Shown: positions 16,537-26,777 of the stretch, in pieces
How positions within the stretch are numbered: position 1 is the first letter of the stretch
How the letters are laid out: each line of letters begins with the position of its first letter
Assembly: GCA_005788235.1 (NCBI GenBank)
Contig: SXYU01000023.1
Location: forward strand, 1 to 58,622
Direction of reading: 5' to 3'
DNA: 58,622 nt
DNA from: Cytophagales bacterium
Lineage (GTDB): Bacteria; Bacteroidota; Bacteroidia; Cytophagales; Cyclobacteriaceae
Position numbers and translations under genes: made by a program
Notes under the pieces: model-generated
What the model saw: the letters and a program-made list of their open reading frames with translations, nothing else
Database searches by the model: none
What the model was told of the DNA's origin: nothing

Positions 16537-19500
16537 TTAATAGGTCCAGATTTCTGCAGGAGCGCTATTCTTCACGAAAAGGAGTTGCTTGCCTCCAAGG
16601 CTTGCAATGGATCTGATGTCACCGTCTAATTTCAATCCATGAATTCGATTGGGCCAGAAGGCAAAGGTCCCATCTCCTTTTCCGAGAAATATTTCTCCAT
16701 AGCTCGCATCGTATTTTCCAAGTTCTGGCTTGACATGGGATAAGTTGCCGCCTAAAATCAAATCTTCAATACCATCCTCGTTGATGTCTAGCACATGAAT
16801 TGCAAAGATCCAAGATTTCTGCCCATCCACAGGAAAAGGCTTCCAAGCGAAGTTGCCCGCACCTTGGTTGAGTAAAATTCCAGATTCCAGGTGGTTCATT
16901 TCCTGAATAATGGAACGATCGATCACTTCTTTGCTAAAAATATCATGCAGACTTTGGCTTACATAATCTGCATAGCGGATGTACTTTTTCTTGATGCTAG
17001 GTACCTGCCTTTCAAGTTCATGCTTTAGCGTGTAGGGAATGGATACTCCATCCACTACTTGTGTAAATATCTGTTCGACAGATCCATTTTGATCAAAATC
17101 ATTGAGATACATCCGGATTGGACGGGAAGTTGACCCCTTCATGCGAGTATTGAATCCTTGATTGCCTAATGCTAGGTCAGGCTTGCCATCCCCGTTGAAG
17201 TCTCCCACTTCTAGGGTTCGGTACCAACCTTTAAGATTTTCCATCCCCGGTAGGGGCACTTTTTCCAACTTCTTCCCTACGTTCTTGAAGAAGGTTGGGG
17301 CCATCCATTCGCCGACTAACACCACATCTTGCAATCCATCTCCATCGTAATCCAAGACCTTGGCATCGGTTACCATTCCAATAGCCTTCAGTTCAGGAGC
17401 CAAAGCTGCGGACTGTTCGGTGAAATTTCCTTTGCCATCGTTGATCCATAGTTGGGCATCTGCTGATACCCCATAGGTGAAGGGGATAAGTCTTCCGCCC
17501 ACAACCAAGTCGAGTGCTCCATCTGCATTGAGGTCTATTGGTGCTACGGCCGAGCTACTTCCAAAAATACCCATCAAGCCGGTGTTGAAGCCTTTGGTAA
17601 AGGTACCTTTACCATCATTGAGGTAGAGTCGATCGGCAAGATCAATACTTCCAAACCCAGATTCATTACCTCCAGAAGTTACAAATAAGTCTGCGTCTCC
17701 ATCCTTGTCTGCATCAAAAAATACGGCATCTGTATCTTCTGAAATGGCGTCTAGGTCAAAGGATTCTTGGGGTTTATAGGTGTATCCTCCTCCTTTTTTG
17801 GCAAGGTAAAGTTTACCAGGGAAGGTTTTGGCTCCGCCAAAGAATAGGTCGTCGAGACCATCTCCATTGACATCACCTTTGGCAAATGCCGGGCCTTCCG
17901 TGGACAGCATCAGGTAGGTAAGTCGATCTCGATCGAAATCAATAAACTCATTCTCCTGGTGTGTAAAGTCAAGCTCTAGATTATTGGATTTTACAAATTT
18001 GCCAGGACTTGGACTGGGGAAAAAAGAGGTTCCCTCTGGAAGTGCTCCCGCCTCTTCCCAGCGTAATTTGAGAAGTTGATCCACAGGCACCTTGGTCATC
18101 TGGGTAAAACTTCCATCGGGCCACAAAACCTTGAGCTCATCAATAACAGTTACTTTGCCCAAGCCAATGGTGATTTTTGGATCCACGCTGGATTGAAAAC
18201 CTCGGTTGGGCATCTGTTCGGTATAAAATACCTGATCGCCAGCTTTCACTTGAATCTGTGAGCCTATGGCCCCAGTATTTTTCCCTTTACCTATCAACTG
18301 CAATTGAATGCTGTGCAGATCAGGTTGTAGGCTTTTGCCCATATTTTTAAAGATTTGGGCGGTTGCATTTACATTGTTGACCACCAAATCTAAGGTACCG
18401 TCGTTATCCAAATCCCCATAAGCGGCTCCATTGGAGTGGATGGCTTTGCCTAATCCCCATTGATCTGCCACATTTTCAAAGCGGAGATCGCCTAGGTTTT
18501 TGTAGGCATAATTTGGAATAGGCGTGATTGGAATTGGATCAATGAGTGCTTTGTAGTCTACTCCTTCTTGGGAGATGATTCTGACTTTGGTGTCCTCATC
18601 ATCGACAAAATTGAGGTAATCCAAGTCGGTAATGTCCTGGTAAATACCGTTGGCTACGAAGATGTCCCGTTTGCCATCGTTATCCATGTCAAAGAGTAAG
18701 GCTCCCCAGCTCCAATCCGTAGCTTCTACATTGGCAAGTCTACCCACCTCACTGAAGGTGCCGTCTCCATTGTTGAGGTGGAGCATGTTACGTGAAAATT
18801 GGTAGTGGTAGCCATGGGTTTTGTTGAATTGATACTTGTCCCAACTTTCAAAGGTAGTGACCTGCTTGAGTCGTGCAGGGTGCTCTGGGAGCATGTCGGT
18901 CACAAAAATATCCAAAAGCCCATCTCCATTGACATCAGCAATATCGGCTCCCATGGAAGCAGCGCTGATAGAGCGCATCGAAGATTCTAGGGACTCGGTA
19001 AAGGTTCCATCTTGGTTGTTTATATAGAGATAGTCTTTCTCAAAAAAGTCATTTGAAATAAAGATATCAGGCCAAGTATCTTGGTTTACATCGCCGATGG
19101 TGATGCCTAGCCCAAAGCCAATCACGGAACCGTAAATACCTGCCTCCTCACTCACATCGGTAAACTTTTCCCCATCGTTCCGGAAGAGTTTGTCGCCACC
19201 TACCGAGTCACGCACAGGACGTTCATTTTGCATCTTGTTGAAGGTGCCAATGGCTTGGTAGGAATTGTTGAGTAGGTAGACATCCAAGTCTTCATCCTTG
19301 TCGTAATCAAAAAACACGGCATGGGTAGAAAAACCTTTATCTGCTAGCCCATAAGCTTCGGCCATCTCTTTGAAGGCACCATTTCCTTGATTGATAAACA
19401 GTTCGTTTTGTTTGTTGTCTCCTTTTATATCGCCCGAGTTGCAGACGTAAATATCCAGCCAGCCGTCGCCATTGACATCCGCCATGGCCACCCCGGTACT

Positions 19501-19836
19501 CCAAGCCCGGGTTCCGGCTACTCCTGCCTTTTCGGTTACATTTTCAAACTTGAATTCCCCCTTGTTGAGGTACAATTGATTGGGTCCTAGATTGGCTGTA
19601 AAATACAGATCCGCAAGGCCATCGTTATTTACATCTCCAATGGCTACCCCACCCCCATTGTAGAAGTTGCGGTAGGTAAATACATTAAAGTCCTTATCAA
19701 AAGTAAGGTCGTTCTTAAAGCTTACCCCTGAAGATTCAGCAGCAATCTCCTCAAATAAGGGAGAAACTTTGTCTTTTGAGGTACAGGCCGAGCCTAAGAA
19801 GGTAAGGAAAAGTAAACCACCAAGGATCTTTTTCAT
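16537..19836 (-). CDS. FG-GAP/VCBS repeat lipoprotein with ASPIC/UnbV domain (CRTAC1-like), paralog 1
   Basis: Lipobox GSAC; many DxNxDGxxD Ca-binding repeats; YNGGGVAIGD, ATDWSWG, SNGAAYGDLDNDG; ASPIC segment RGFQSS..IGLG..WPDG; second repeat set after it. Confidence 0.9.
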   Translation of the reverse strand: MKKILGGLLFLTFLGSACTSKDKVSPLFEEIAAESSGVSFKNDLTFDKDFNVFTYRNFYNGGGVAIGDVNNDGLADLYFTANLGPNQLYLNKGEFKFENVTEKAGVAGTRAWSTGVAMADVNGDGWLDIYVCNSGDIKGDNKQNELFINQGNGAFKEMAEAYGLADKGFSTHAVFFDYDKDEDLDVYLLNNSYQAIGTFNKMQNERPVRDSVGGDKLFRNDGEKFTDVSEEAGIYGSVIGFGLGITIGDVNQDTWPDIFISNDFFEKDYLYINNQDGTFTESLESSMRSISAASMGADIADVNGDGLLDIFVTDMLPEHPARLKQVTTFESWDKYQFNKTHGYHYQFSRNMLHLNNGDGTFSEVGRLANVEATDWSWGALLFDMDNDGKRDIFVANGIYQDITDLDYLNFVDDEDTKVRIISQEGVDYKALIDPIPITPIPNYAYKNLGDLRFENVADQWGLGKAIHSNGAAYGDLDNDGTLDLVVNNVNATAQIFKNMGKSLQPDLHSIQLQLIGKGKNTGAIGSQIQVKAGDQVFYTEQMPNRGFQSSVDPKITIGLGKVTVIDELKVLWPDGSFTQMTKVPVDQLLKLRWEEAGALPEGTSFFPSPSPGKFVKSNNLELDFTHQENEFIDFDRDRLTYLMLSTEGPAFAKGDVNGDGLDDLFFGGAKTFPGKLYLAKKGGGYTYKPQESFDLDAISEDTDAVFFDADKDGDADLFVTSGGNESGFGSIDLADRLYLNDGKGTFTKGFNTGLMGIFGSSSAVAPIDLNADGALDLVVGGRLIPFTYGVSADAQLWINDGKGNFTEQSAALAPELKAIGMVTDAKVLDYDGDGLQDVVLVGEWMAPTFFKNVGKKLEKVPLPGMENLKGWYRTLEVGDFNGDGKPDLALGNQGFNTRMKGSTSRPIRMYLNDFDQNGSVEQIFTQVVDGVSIPYTLKHELERQVPSIKKKYIRYADYVSQSLHDIFSKEVIDRSIIQEMNHLESGILLNQGAGNFAWKPFPVDGQKSWIFAIHVLDINEDGIEDLILGGNLSHVKPELGKYDASYGEIFLGKGDGTFAFWPNRIHGLKLDGDIRSIASLGGKQLLFVKNSAPAEIWTY

Positions 19837-19966
19837 TCTGGTTTTTGGCTATGCTTTTTTGGATGGAAAGTTCTGAAGTTTCTTCGTGTAAAGATGACAA
19901 GGTTTTTTTAATTCCCGAAAATACTGATAAGCTGAATCACGAGAGGAAGGCCAAAAAAGGTAAAAA

Positions 19967-22900
19967 CTAGCGAACAGTAAATACCAAGGCTTTGTCATGG
20001 TTTCGAAGTACGAATAAGTGCCTTTGGTTGTTGGATTGGATCCATTGAAAATCCCGAATCTCTCCCGAGACAAAGAGCCCGCTTTCTTGAGGTTTTAAGG
20101 CTTTCCATTTGTTAGTAGCGTCTATTTCTAGCACCCAAGCATAGCTCCCCAATTGGGTGCCTAGCTCAGGTTTGATGCGGCTTTCATTCCCCCCAAGCAG
20201 TATCAAGGAAGATTTTCCTTGCCTAGGAAGTACGGTAATGGCATGAACAGGGGCGTATTGTACTTCTGCAGGGAGTGCCTCTGGTACCATTTTTCCATTT
20301 CCTTGATTGACCCAAAGGGTAGTTTCCAGCCAATCTACTTGCAAAATTATTGAATTTGCCCATACCGATTGGGGAAAGAGTTCCTCCAATGCTTTGTCTT
20401 TGTAATCAGCATAGCTGAGCACTTGTTTCTTCAAGGAAGGAATTTGCTTGACGAGCGTATTTTTGAGTACCCAAGGGATGCTTTTTCCATTTTCGTGGTG
20501 ATGGAGGATTTGTTCGATCGAACCGTTTTGATCAAAATCATTGATCGCCAATCGTAGGGGTTTTGTGGCACTGGTTCGCAGTCTGGAATTGGTACCGAAG
20601 TTTCCGGCAAGCACATCCATTTTTTGATCTCCATTGACATCTGCTATCAAGATGCGTTTCCAAAATCCCCGCGTATTTTCTAGGCCAAATTGCGCTGTGC
20701 GGTTGCTCCAAGCTCCTTGATCAAAGCTGAAAACTTGTAGGGCCATCCATTCCCCTGCCAGCAGGAGCTCTGTTTTCCCATCTCCATCTAAGTCTGCTAA
20801 GGCTCCATCGGTCAGCATGCCCAGCGAAGCAAAGGGTTTGCCCAGCGTCGTGCTTTCATCCGTGAAATTTCCTTTCCCGTCATTTTTCCAAAATTGAACT
20901 CCAACCGCAATTCCATAACCAAAAGGGAAGCCCCGTTGCCCAATTATTAGATCTAAATCGCCATCTTGATCTCCATCCCAACTTAAAATAAAGGAGGTGG
21001 GTGTAGCAGGAAACTGCTGTCCTGTGCGAGAAAAATTCCCCTTTCCATCATTGAGATACAAGCGGTCTTGGTAACTAGGGGCGAAGTCTGAAAATTCAAT
21101 TCCTCCACTGCCTACCACTAGATCAGCGGCTCCATCCCCATTGGCATCAAAAAAGTGGGCTACTACATCTTCAGCAAGGCTATCCTGGTCAAATAAGGAT
21201 GTCTGGGTCCTAGACCAAGCTCCCGAAGGTCCTTGCTTCCATAGGGATGTGGATTGGCCTTTAGCGCCAGGAATAACTAATTCCATCTTCCCATCTCTAT
21301 TGATATCGGCTTGGCTAGCTCGAGGTCCTTCGTTACTGATCGACCAAAAGCGGAGGCGATCCCGGTCAAAATCAACGAATTCACTCTCTTCGTGTTGGTA
21401 AGGGAAGGTGAATTCTACAGCAGGACTGAAGTAGGGAGAAGGAATTTTGAATTCAGTTTGAAGCGCCTTTGCATCCAATTCCTCGGGAAATAGTATTTGG
21501 TTGGCTTCTATTTTAGTTAGCACGGTCCGTTTTCCTGTAGGCCAATCGATGTGTAAGGAATCGATCTCTGTGTGCTTTCCTAGTCCAAAATTCAATCTTG
21601 GATCTACTGAGGACATGTATCCTTTGACAGGCTGAAATTCTTGAATCTGGCTTTCTCCACCGGTGTAGAGGGTGACTTTTGTACCAAATGCATTGCCGAG
21701 GTCAAGGCTAAGGAAGTTCGTGGTGGTGCCTGGATTGCTATTGTTCTGGTATACAAAGGCCCGTTCATTGAGGTTGTTGATCACCAAATCAAGATCCCCG
21801 TCGTTGTCTAAGTCAGCATAAGCGGATCCGGTACTGAAGGTAAGTTGCTCCAATCCTTGTGAAGGAGCTAGGTTTTCAAATTGAAGATTTCCTTTGTTTT
21901 TGAAGAAAAAATTTTGCTGGGGAACAGAAGGAAATTTATCGATCATTTTTGTAATCAAAACCGAGTCTTGTCGGTATTGATCTATTTTTCCTTGATTGTT
22001 GGCATAGAAATCTACAAAATCAAAGTCGGTTAGGTCTTTGACGATGCCATTGGCAATGAAGATGTCTTTTTTGCCATCCAAGTCTGCATCGAAAATCAAT
22101 GCTCCCCAGCTCCAGTCGGTAGCTTCCACGCCAGCCCATCTTCCGACTTCTGCAAATAGGGGGATGCTGTCTTGAGGATGAATTCCCAAATGTCTCTGTA
22201 GGGTGTTCCGTGTAAACTGGCGGTGATATCCCGCTTTTTGATTGGCTTGAAACTTATCCCATTCCTCAAAGGGGGTTTTGGACTTGACCCGCGCCAAATC
22301 TTTTGGTAGCATTTCGGTGACAATCACATCGGGCCACAAGTCATTGTCTAAGTCTGCAATATCAGCACCCATGGATCCCATGCTGATTTCAGGCATGGCT
22401 TGTGGTAAAATATCTTGAAAAGCCCCATTTTTTTGATTTAGGTAGAAGTAATCTCGCTCAAAAAAGTCATTGGATACATAAAGATCGGGCCAACCATCTT
22501 GGTTGAGGTCTGCCACAGTCACCCCGAGTCCGTAGCCAATTGTGCTTCCATAAATACCTGCTTCTTGGGAGACATTGGTGAATCGGTCGCCTTCGTTACG
22601 GAAAAGTTTGTTTCCGCCGTCAGGATCTCGAATTTCCCGCTGCCCTAGGCGGAGGTCGTTGAGACCCACAGAGCGTCCAGAGTTGCTGAGTAAGTACATG
22701 TCCAAGTCTCCATCCTTGTCGTAGTCAAAAAACACGGCGTGCTGACTTAGCCCTATCTCAGCTAGTCCATATTCCTTGGACTTTTCGGTGAAAGTTAGAT
22801 CTCCATTATTAATAAAGAGTTCGTTGTGTCTGCGCGCCCCCTGCATGGGTCCAGATTTGCAAACGTAAATATCTAGAAGCTCATCTCCATTCACATCAGC

Positions 22901-23248
22901 CATGCTGACCCCAGTGGTCCAAGAACCTTCAGAATTTAGACCTGCTTTATCGGTGATGTCTTCGAAGGTGAGTTCACCCGTATTGAGGTAGAGGCGGTTG
23001 CTTTGCTGGTTTCCAGCAAAAAAAATATCGGGTAAGCTATCTTGGTTGATGTCACCAATGGCAACTCCTGCACCGTTGTAAAAATTACGGAAGGTATAGG
23101 GATTTATTTTTTCGGAGTAAGCCAGGTCATTGCGAAAGGTGATGCCAGTTTGACTTTCTGAAAGCAGGGAGAATAAAGGTTCGGAGCTCTCCTGCTTGCA
23201 AGAGAAAAGGAGGTAAAAAAGAAAAATAAAGAGGTACTGTTTTTTCAC
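19967..23248 (-). CDS. FG-GAP/VCBS repeat lipoprotein with ASPIC/UnbV domain, paralog 2 (GTG start)
   Basis: Lipobox LFSC; YNGAGVAIGD, EATDWSWG, YADLDNDGDLDL, KGYMSSVDPRLNFGLG..WPTG. Confidence 0.9.
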   Translation of the reverse strand: MKKQYLFIFLFYLLFSCKQESSEPLFSLLSESQTGITFRNDLAYSEKINPYTFRNFYNGAGVAIGDINQDSLPDIFFAGNQQSNRLYLNTGELTFEDITDKAGLNSEGSWTTGVSMADVNGDELLDIYVCKSGPMQGARRHNELFINNGDLTFTEKSKEYGLAEIGLSQHAVFFDYDKDGDLDMYLLSNSGRSVGLNDLRLGQREIRDPDGGNKLFRNEGDRFTNVSQEAGIYGSTIGYGLGVTVADLNQDGWPDLYVSNDFFERDYFYLNQKNGAFQDILPQAMPEISMGSMGADIADLDNDLWPDVIVTEMLPKDLARVKSKTPFEEWDKFQANQKAGYHRQFTRNTLQRHLGIHPQDSIPLFAEVGRWAGVEATDWSWGALIFDADLDGKKDIFIANGIVKDLTDFDFVDFYANNQGKIDQYRQDSVLITKMIDKFPSVPQQNFFFKNKGNLQFENLAPSQGLEQLTFSTGSAYADLDNDGDLDLVINNLNERAFVYQNNSNPGTTTNFLSLDLGNAFGTKVTLYTGGESQIQEFQPVKGYMSSVDPRLNFGLGKHTEIDSLHIDWPTGKRTVLTKIEANQILFPEELDAKALQTEFKIPSPYFSPAVEFTFPYQHEESEFVDFDRDRLRFWSISNEGPRASQADINRDGKMELVIPGAKGQSTSLWKQGPSGAWSRTQTSLFDQDSLAEDVVAHFFDANGDGAADLVVGSGGIEFSDFAPSYQDRLYLNDGKGNFSRTGQQFPATPTSFILSWDGDQDGDLDLIIGQRGFPFGYGIAVGVQFWKNDGKGNFTDESTTLGKPFASLGMLTDGALADLDGDGKTELLLAGEWMALQVFSFDQGAWSNRTAQFGLENTRGFWKRILIADVNGDQKMDVLAGNFGTNSRLRTSATKPLRLAINDFDQNGSIEQILHHHENGKSIPWVLKNTLVKQIPSLKKQVLSYADYKDKALEELFPQSVWANSIILQVDWLETTLWVNQGNGKMVPEALPAEVQYAPVHAITVLPRQGKSSLILLGGNESRIKPELGTQLGSYAWVLEIDATNKWKALKPQESGLFVSGEIRDFQWIQSNNQRHLFVLRNHDKALVFTVR

Positions 23249-23279
23249 AAGGCAAGTGTAAAAAAAAGAATTGTATTTA

Positions 23280-23309
23280 CTTGACAGGATTATCCGTAAT
23301 CCTGTCAGG
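23280..23309. repeat. 13-bp-stem palindrome (REP-like element or operator)
   Basis: CTTGACAGGATTA-TCCG-TAATCCTGTCAGG; the inner 11 bp are perfect and the outer part has one G.T pair. Confidence 0.6.
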
Positions 23310-23707
23310 ACCTTAAGATTTCTTTGAATTGCTGCGGATAATCAGATCACTTAAAATCTTCTCAAAATATAACTTTTTGAGGCCATTACCTAAAACCCTA
23401 CTTCTGAGAAGGGATGGATTTTACTTCGGAAAACTGGCTGGATTATTTTTTCAGCTTTTTTCTTGTCCATTGCTAACATCGAGCTTTTAGGGCAGCTAGG
23501 CACTTGAGAGTTTATTCCCTTAGGTGTCATCTTAGCACTTATGGAGGTGTAAAACTCCGTAGTTTAGAGAGAGGGTAAGGGAGGCAGAGTTGCCATCTGT
23601 TTTCAAAAATACAGAGGTGAGGTTGCTAAGCAAACGAAAGGTTTAGCAACGAATAAAATTTTTTATCTTACAGAAATAGATTAACTTTTTACTGAAAGCC
23701 ACAAAAA

Positions 23708-23741
23708 TTTTAACAATATAATTGTTTAAAAATTGTTAAAA
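23708..23741. promoter_or_regulatory. Inverted repeat upstream of susC, candidate operator
   Basis: TTTTAACAAT-N14-ATTGTTAAAA, perfect 10-bp arms, just upstream of TAAATTTCG (-7-like) and the susC ATG. The context is AT-rich, so a chance match is possible. Confidence 0.4.
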
Positions 23742-23794
23742 ACTAAAAAATTATTAAATTTCGAGGTCAAGTTTAAAACTCAAACCCAATTCAA

Positions 23795-26758
23795 ATGAAA
23801 AAACAAGGACTACTAATTTTGTGTTTTTTCTCACTTTTGATCTTTAGCATAGGTTTTACTGCTACTGCTCAGCAAGCGAGAATAACAGGTAAGGTTACTG
23901 ATGCAAGTACAGGTGAGGGAATCCCAGGTGCGAGCGTTTTAGTAAAAGGTACCACCCGTGGAATGGTGACGGACTTAGATGGAAACTATTCCATTGAAGC
24001 CAGTTCCACTGATGTTTTGGTGTTTTCCTTCATTGGATATAATACAGTTGAAGAAACTGTAGGCACAAGAACATCAATTAATTTAGCTCTTTCTGAGTCA
24101 ATTCAAGGACTCAATGAAGTAGTCGTTGTTGGCTACGGTACTCAGGAGAAAAAAGAAATCACGAGTGCTGTTGCAAGTATCAAGGCGGAAGATTTCAACC
24201 AAGGTACTGTTAACGATCCTAGACAGTTGCTCCAAGGTAAAGTAGCAGGTCTTAATATTTCAAGACCAGGAGGTAACCCCAATGGTGGATTTAATATTAG
24301 ACTTCGTGGAATTTCTTCTTTTGGAGCCAACGCTGAACCTCTAATCGTAATTGACGGGGTTATTGGTGCTTCATTGAGTACAGTAGATCCAAACGACATC
24401 GAATCAATGGATGTGTTGAAAGATGGATCTGCAGCTGCGATTTATGGAACAAGAGGATCTTCTGGGGTAATTTTGGTTACCACTAAATCAGGTAAAAAAG
24501 GAAAAGCAGTAGTTGAATATAGTGGAACTGCAGCGTCAGAAAGCGTTGCGCGAACCATACAGGTAATGACTGCTGATGAGTATAAAGCGCTTCCTGGTTC
24601 AAATAACCTAGGCTCAGAAACTGACTGGTTTGATGCAGTGACAAGAACAGGAGTTAGCTTAGTGAACAACCTTTCCATCAGTGGTGGAAATGAAGGTACC
24701 AGCTACAGAATGTCCCTAAATTCACGAAATGTAGAAGGTGTAGGTCTTAATTCTGGTTTTGATCAATTAAATGCTAGATTGAACCTAACTCAAAGAGCAT
24801 TGAATGACAAAGCTCTATTTTCAGTTAGTATTTCCAATACAACAGCGGATAGACAGTTTGGTAATGAAAACTCATTTAGATATGCAATTATTACCAACCC
24901 AACGCTTCCTATTTACGACCCAAATCCACAATCTCCAAATTTTGGGGGTTATGCAGAGCGAGATATCTTTGATTGGTTCAACCCGGTATCTATTGTCGAA
25001 CAAAACAAAAACGATGGTCGTGAAAGCAGGTTGTTAGCTAGTATCCGAGGTGAGTACAACTTTACAAGTAATTTCAAAGCTTCTGCATTCTACTCTTCCC
25101 AGAGAGAAACGTTTTGGAATGGTACTTACTCTCCTAAGACTGCTAAGTTTGGAGGAGGATTTGGAAGAAAAGGTTTAGCTACTATCCGTAATAATGAAAC
25201 TTTAAATGATTTGTTTGAAGCGACTTTAAATTACGATAAAACAGCAGGTAAATTAGACATGTCATTCTTGGGAGGATATTCTTACCAGGAGTTCTTTTTC
25301 CAAGGTGATTACACGCAAGCTGGTAATTTCCTAACGGATGCATTCACCTACAATAACATTGGTGCAGCTCTTGATTTTGCAAATGGTTTAGCATCTGTGT
25401 TCAGTTATGCTTCTGAAAATAAATTAGTCGCGTTTTTTGGACGTGCTAATTTCAATTTTGATGACACGTACCTATTGTCAATTAGCTCTCGTTACGAGGG
25501 ATCCACAAGATTTGGTGAGAACAACAAGTGGGGATTGTTCCCCGCAGTTAGTGCCGGTATAAACCTTGCTAATTTGGTGGATATCACAGGAGTGAATGCT
25601 ATGAAGTTAAGAGCTAGCTACGGTAGAACAGGTACTCAGCCAGGTGAATCTTACATTTCTTTGTTAAGATATGGTCGTCAGGGTAACTTCTTCTACAATG
25701 GAGCCTTTGTACCGTCTTATGGACCAGTATCCAATAACAACCCAGATTTATCATGGGAAACTAAAGACGAAGTTAACGTAGGTTTAGATTTCGTTGCTTT
25801 CAACAATAAACTTTCTGGTACAATTGACTATTTCACAAGAGTAACAAGTGGAATGATTTTACCAATCAACGTACCAGTACCACCAAACCTTTTCCCAACT
25901 ACATTGCTTAACATAGGTGAAGTTGAGAACTCTGGTCTTGAAGTATTGTTGAACTACAATGTCATCGATAAGAGTGATTTTAAATGGACTACTGGAGTTA
26001 ACTTCTCTACGTTAGCTACTAACCTTAGAAGTTTGTCTGCTGGAGATTTGTCCTTTGGAAAAGTTAACTACCGTTCTAACTTCGGTTCTCCAGGTCAAAA
26101 CCTTACTCAGTTGATTCGAGTTCAAGAGAATGGTCCATTGGGACAGATTTGGGGTCCAATCCAAGTTGGGGTTTCTGATAAAGGTGCTCCTATCATGAAA
26201 GTGATTAATGGTACAGCTAAAGATGCACAAGGAAACCCTGTTTATTGTAACTGCGATGCGGATAGAGCTCAATTAGGTACTGCTTATCCTACAATCAACT
26301 TCGGTATCAATAACAATTTCAATTACAAGAATTGGGATTTGAATTTCTTCTTCAGAGGTTCACTTGGTCACTCTTTGATCAACAGCTACAGAGGTTTCTA
26401 TGAAAACACTGAAAGTACTACAGTTCAAAACTGGAACGTTGTGAAAACTAAATATTTTGATCCAAAAATTAAAAAGGCAGAATATAACAGTAGCCACGTT
26501 GAAAAAGCAGATTTCATGATCTTGGATAACGCTACTATTGGTTACAATTTTAACGTGAAACAAGGCAAATCTGTAGGTAAAATCAGAACTTTCCTCTCTG
26601 TACAAACACCATTCATGTTTACAGGTTATACTGGTGTAGATCCTTCTGTAAGATATCAAGATCCAGAAAATGGGGATCCACTTGCTCCTGGTATAGAGCG
26701 TAGAGCTACGTATTTCACTACTACAATTACTACTTTAGGATTAAATTTGAGTTTCTAA
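23795..26758 (+). CDS. susC: SusC/RagA family TonB-dependent outer membrane transporter
   Basis: Signal peptide, CarboxypepD_reg-like N-domain, EVVVVGYGT, DIESMDVLKDGSAAAIYGTRGSSGVILVTTK, NPDLSWE, C-terminal LGLNLSF. Confidence 0.96.
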   Translation: MKKQGLLILCFFSLLIFSIGFTATAQQARITGKVTDASTGEGIPGASVLVKGTTRGMVTDLDGNYSIEASSTDVLVFSFIGYNTVEETVGTRTSINLALSESIQGLNEVVVVGYGTQEKKEITSAVASIKAEDFNQGTVNDPRQLLQGKVAGLNISRPGGNPNGGFNIRLRGISSFGANAEPLIVIDGVIGASLSTVDPNDIESMDVLKDGSAAAIYGTRGSSGVILVTTKSGKKGKAVVEYSGTAASESVARTIQVMTADEYKALPGSNNLGSETDWFDAVTRTGVSLVNNLSISGGNEGTSYRMSLNSRNVEGVGLNSGFDQLNARLNLTQRALNDKALFSVSISNTTADRQFGNENSFRYAIITNPTLPIYDPNPQSPNFGGYAERDIFDWFNPVSIVEQNKNDGRESRLLASIRGEYNFTSNFKASAFYSSQRETFWNGTYSPKTAKFGGGFGRKGLATIRNNETLNDLFEATLNYDKTAGKLDMSFLGGYSYQEFFFQGDYTQAGNFLTDAFTYNNIGAALDFANGLASVFSYASENKLVAFFGRANFNFDDTYLLSISSRYEGSTRFGENNKWGLFPAVSAGINLANLVDITGVNAMKLRASYGRTGTQPGESYISLLRYGRQGNFFYNGAFVPSYGPVSNNNPDLSWETKDEVNVGLDFVAFNNKLSGTIDYFTRVTSGMILPINVPVPPNLFPTTLLNIGEVENSGLEVLLNYNVIDKSDFKWTTGVNFSTLATNLRSLSAGDLSFGKVNYRSNFGSPGQNLTQLIRVQENGPLGQIWGPIQVGVSDKGAPIMKVINGTAKDAQGNPVYCNCDADRAQLGTAYPTINFGINNNFNYKNWDLNFFFRGSLGHSLINSYRGFYENTESTTVQNWNVVKTKYFDPKIKKAEYNSSHVEKADFMILDNATIGYNFNVKQGKSVGKIRTFLSVQTPFMFTGYTGVDPSVRYQDPENGDPLAPGIERRATYFTTTITTLGLNLSF

Positions 26759-26777
26759 GCTAAAACATAAAAAAATC

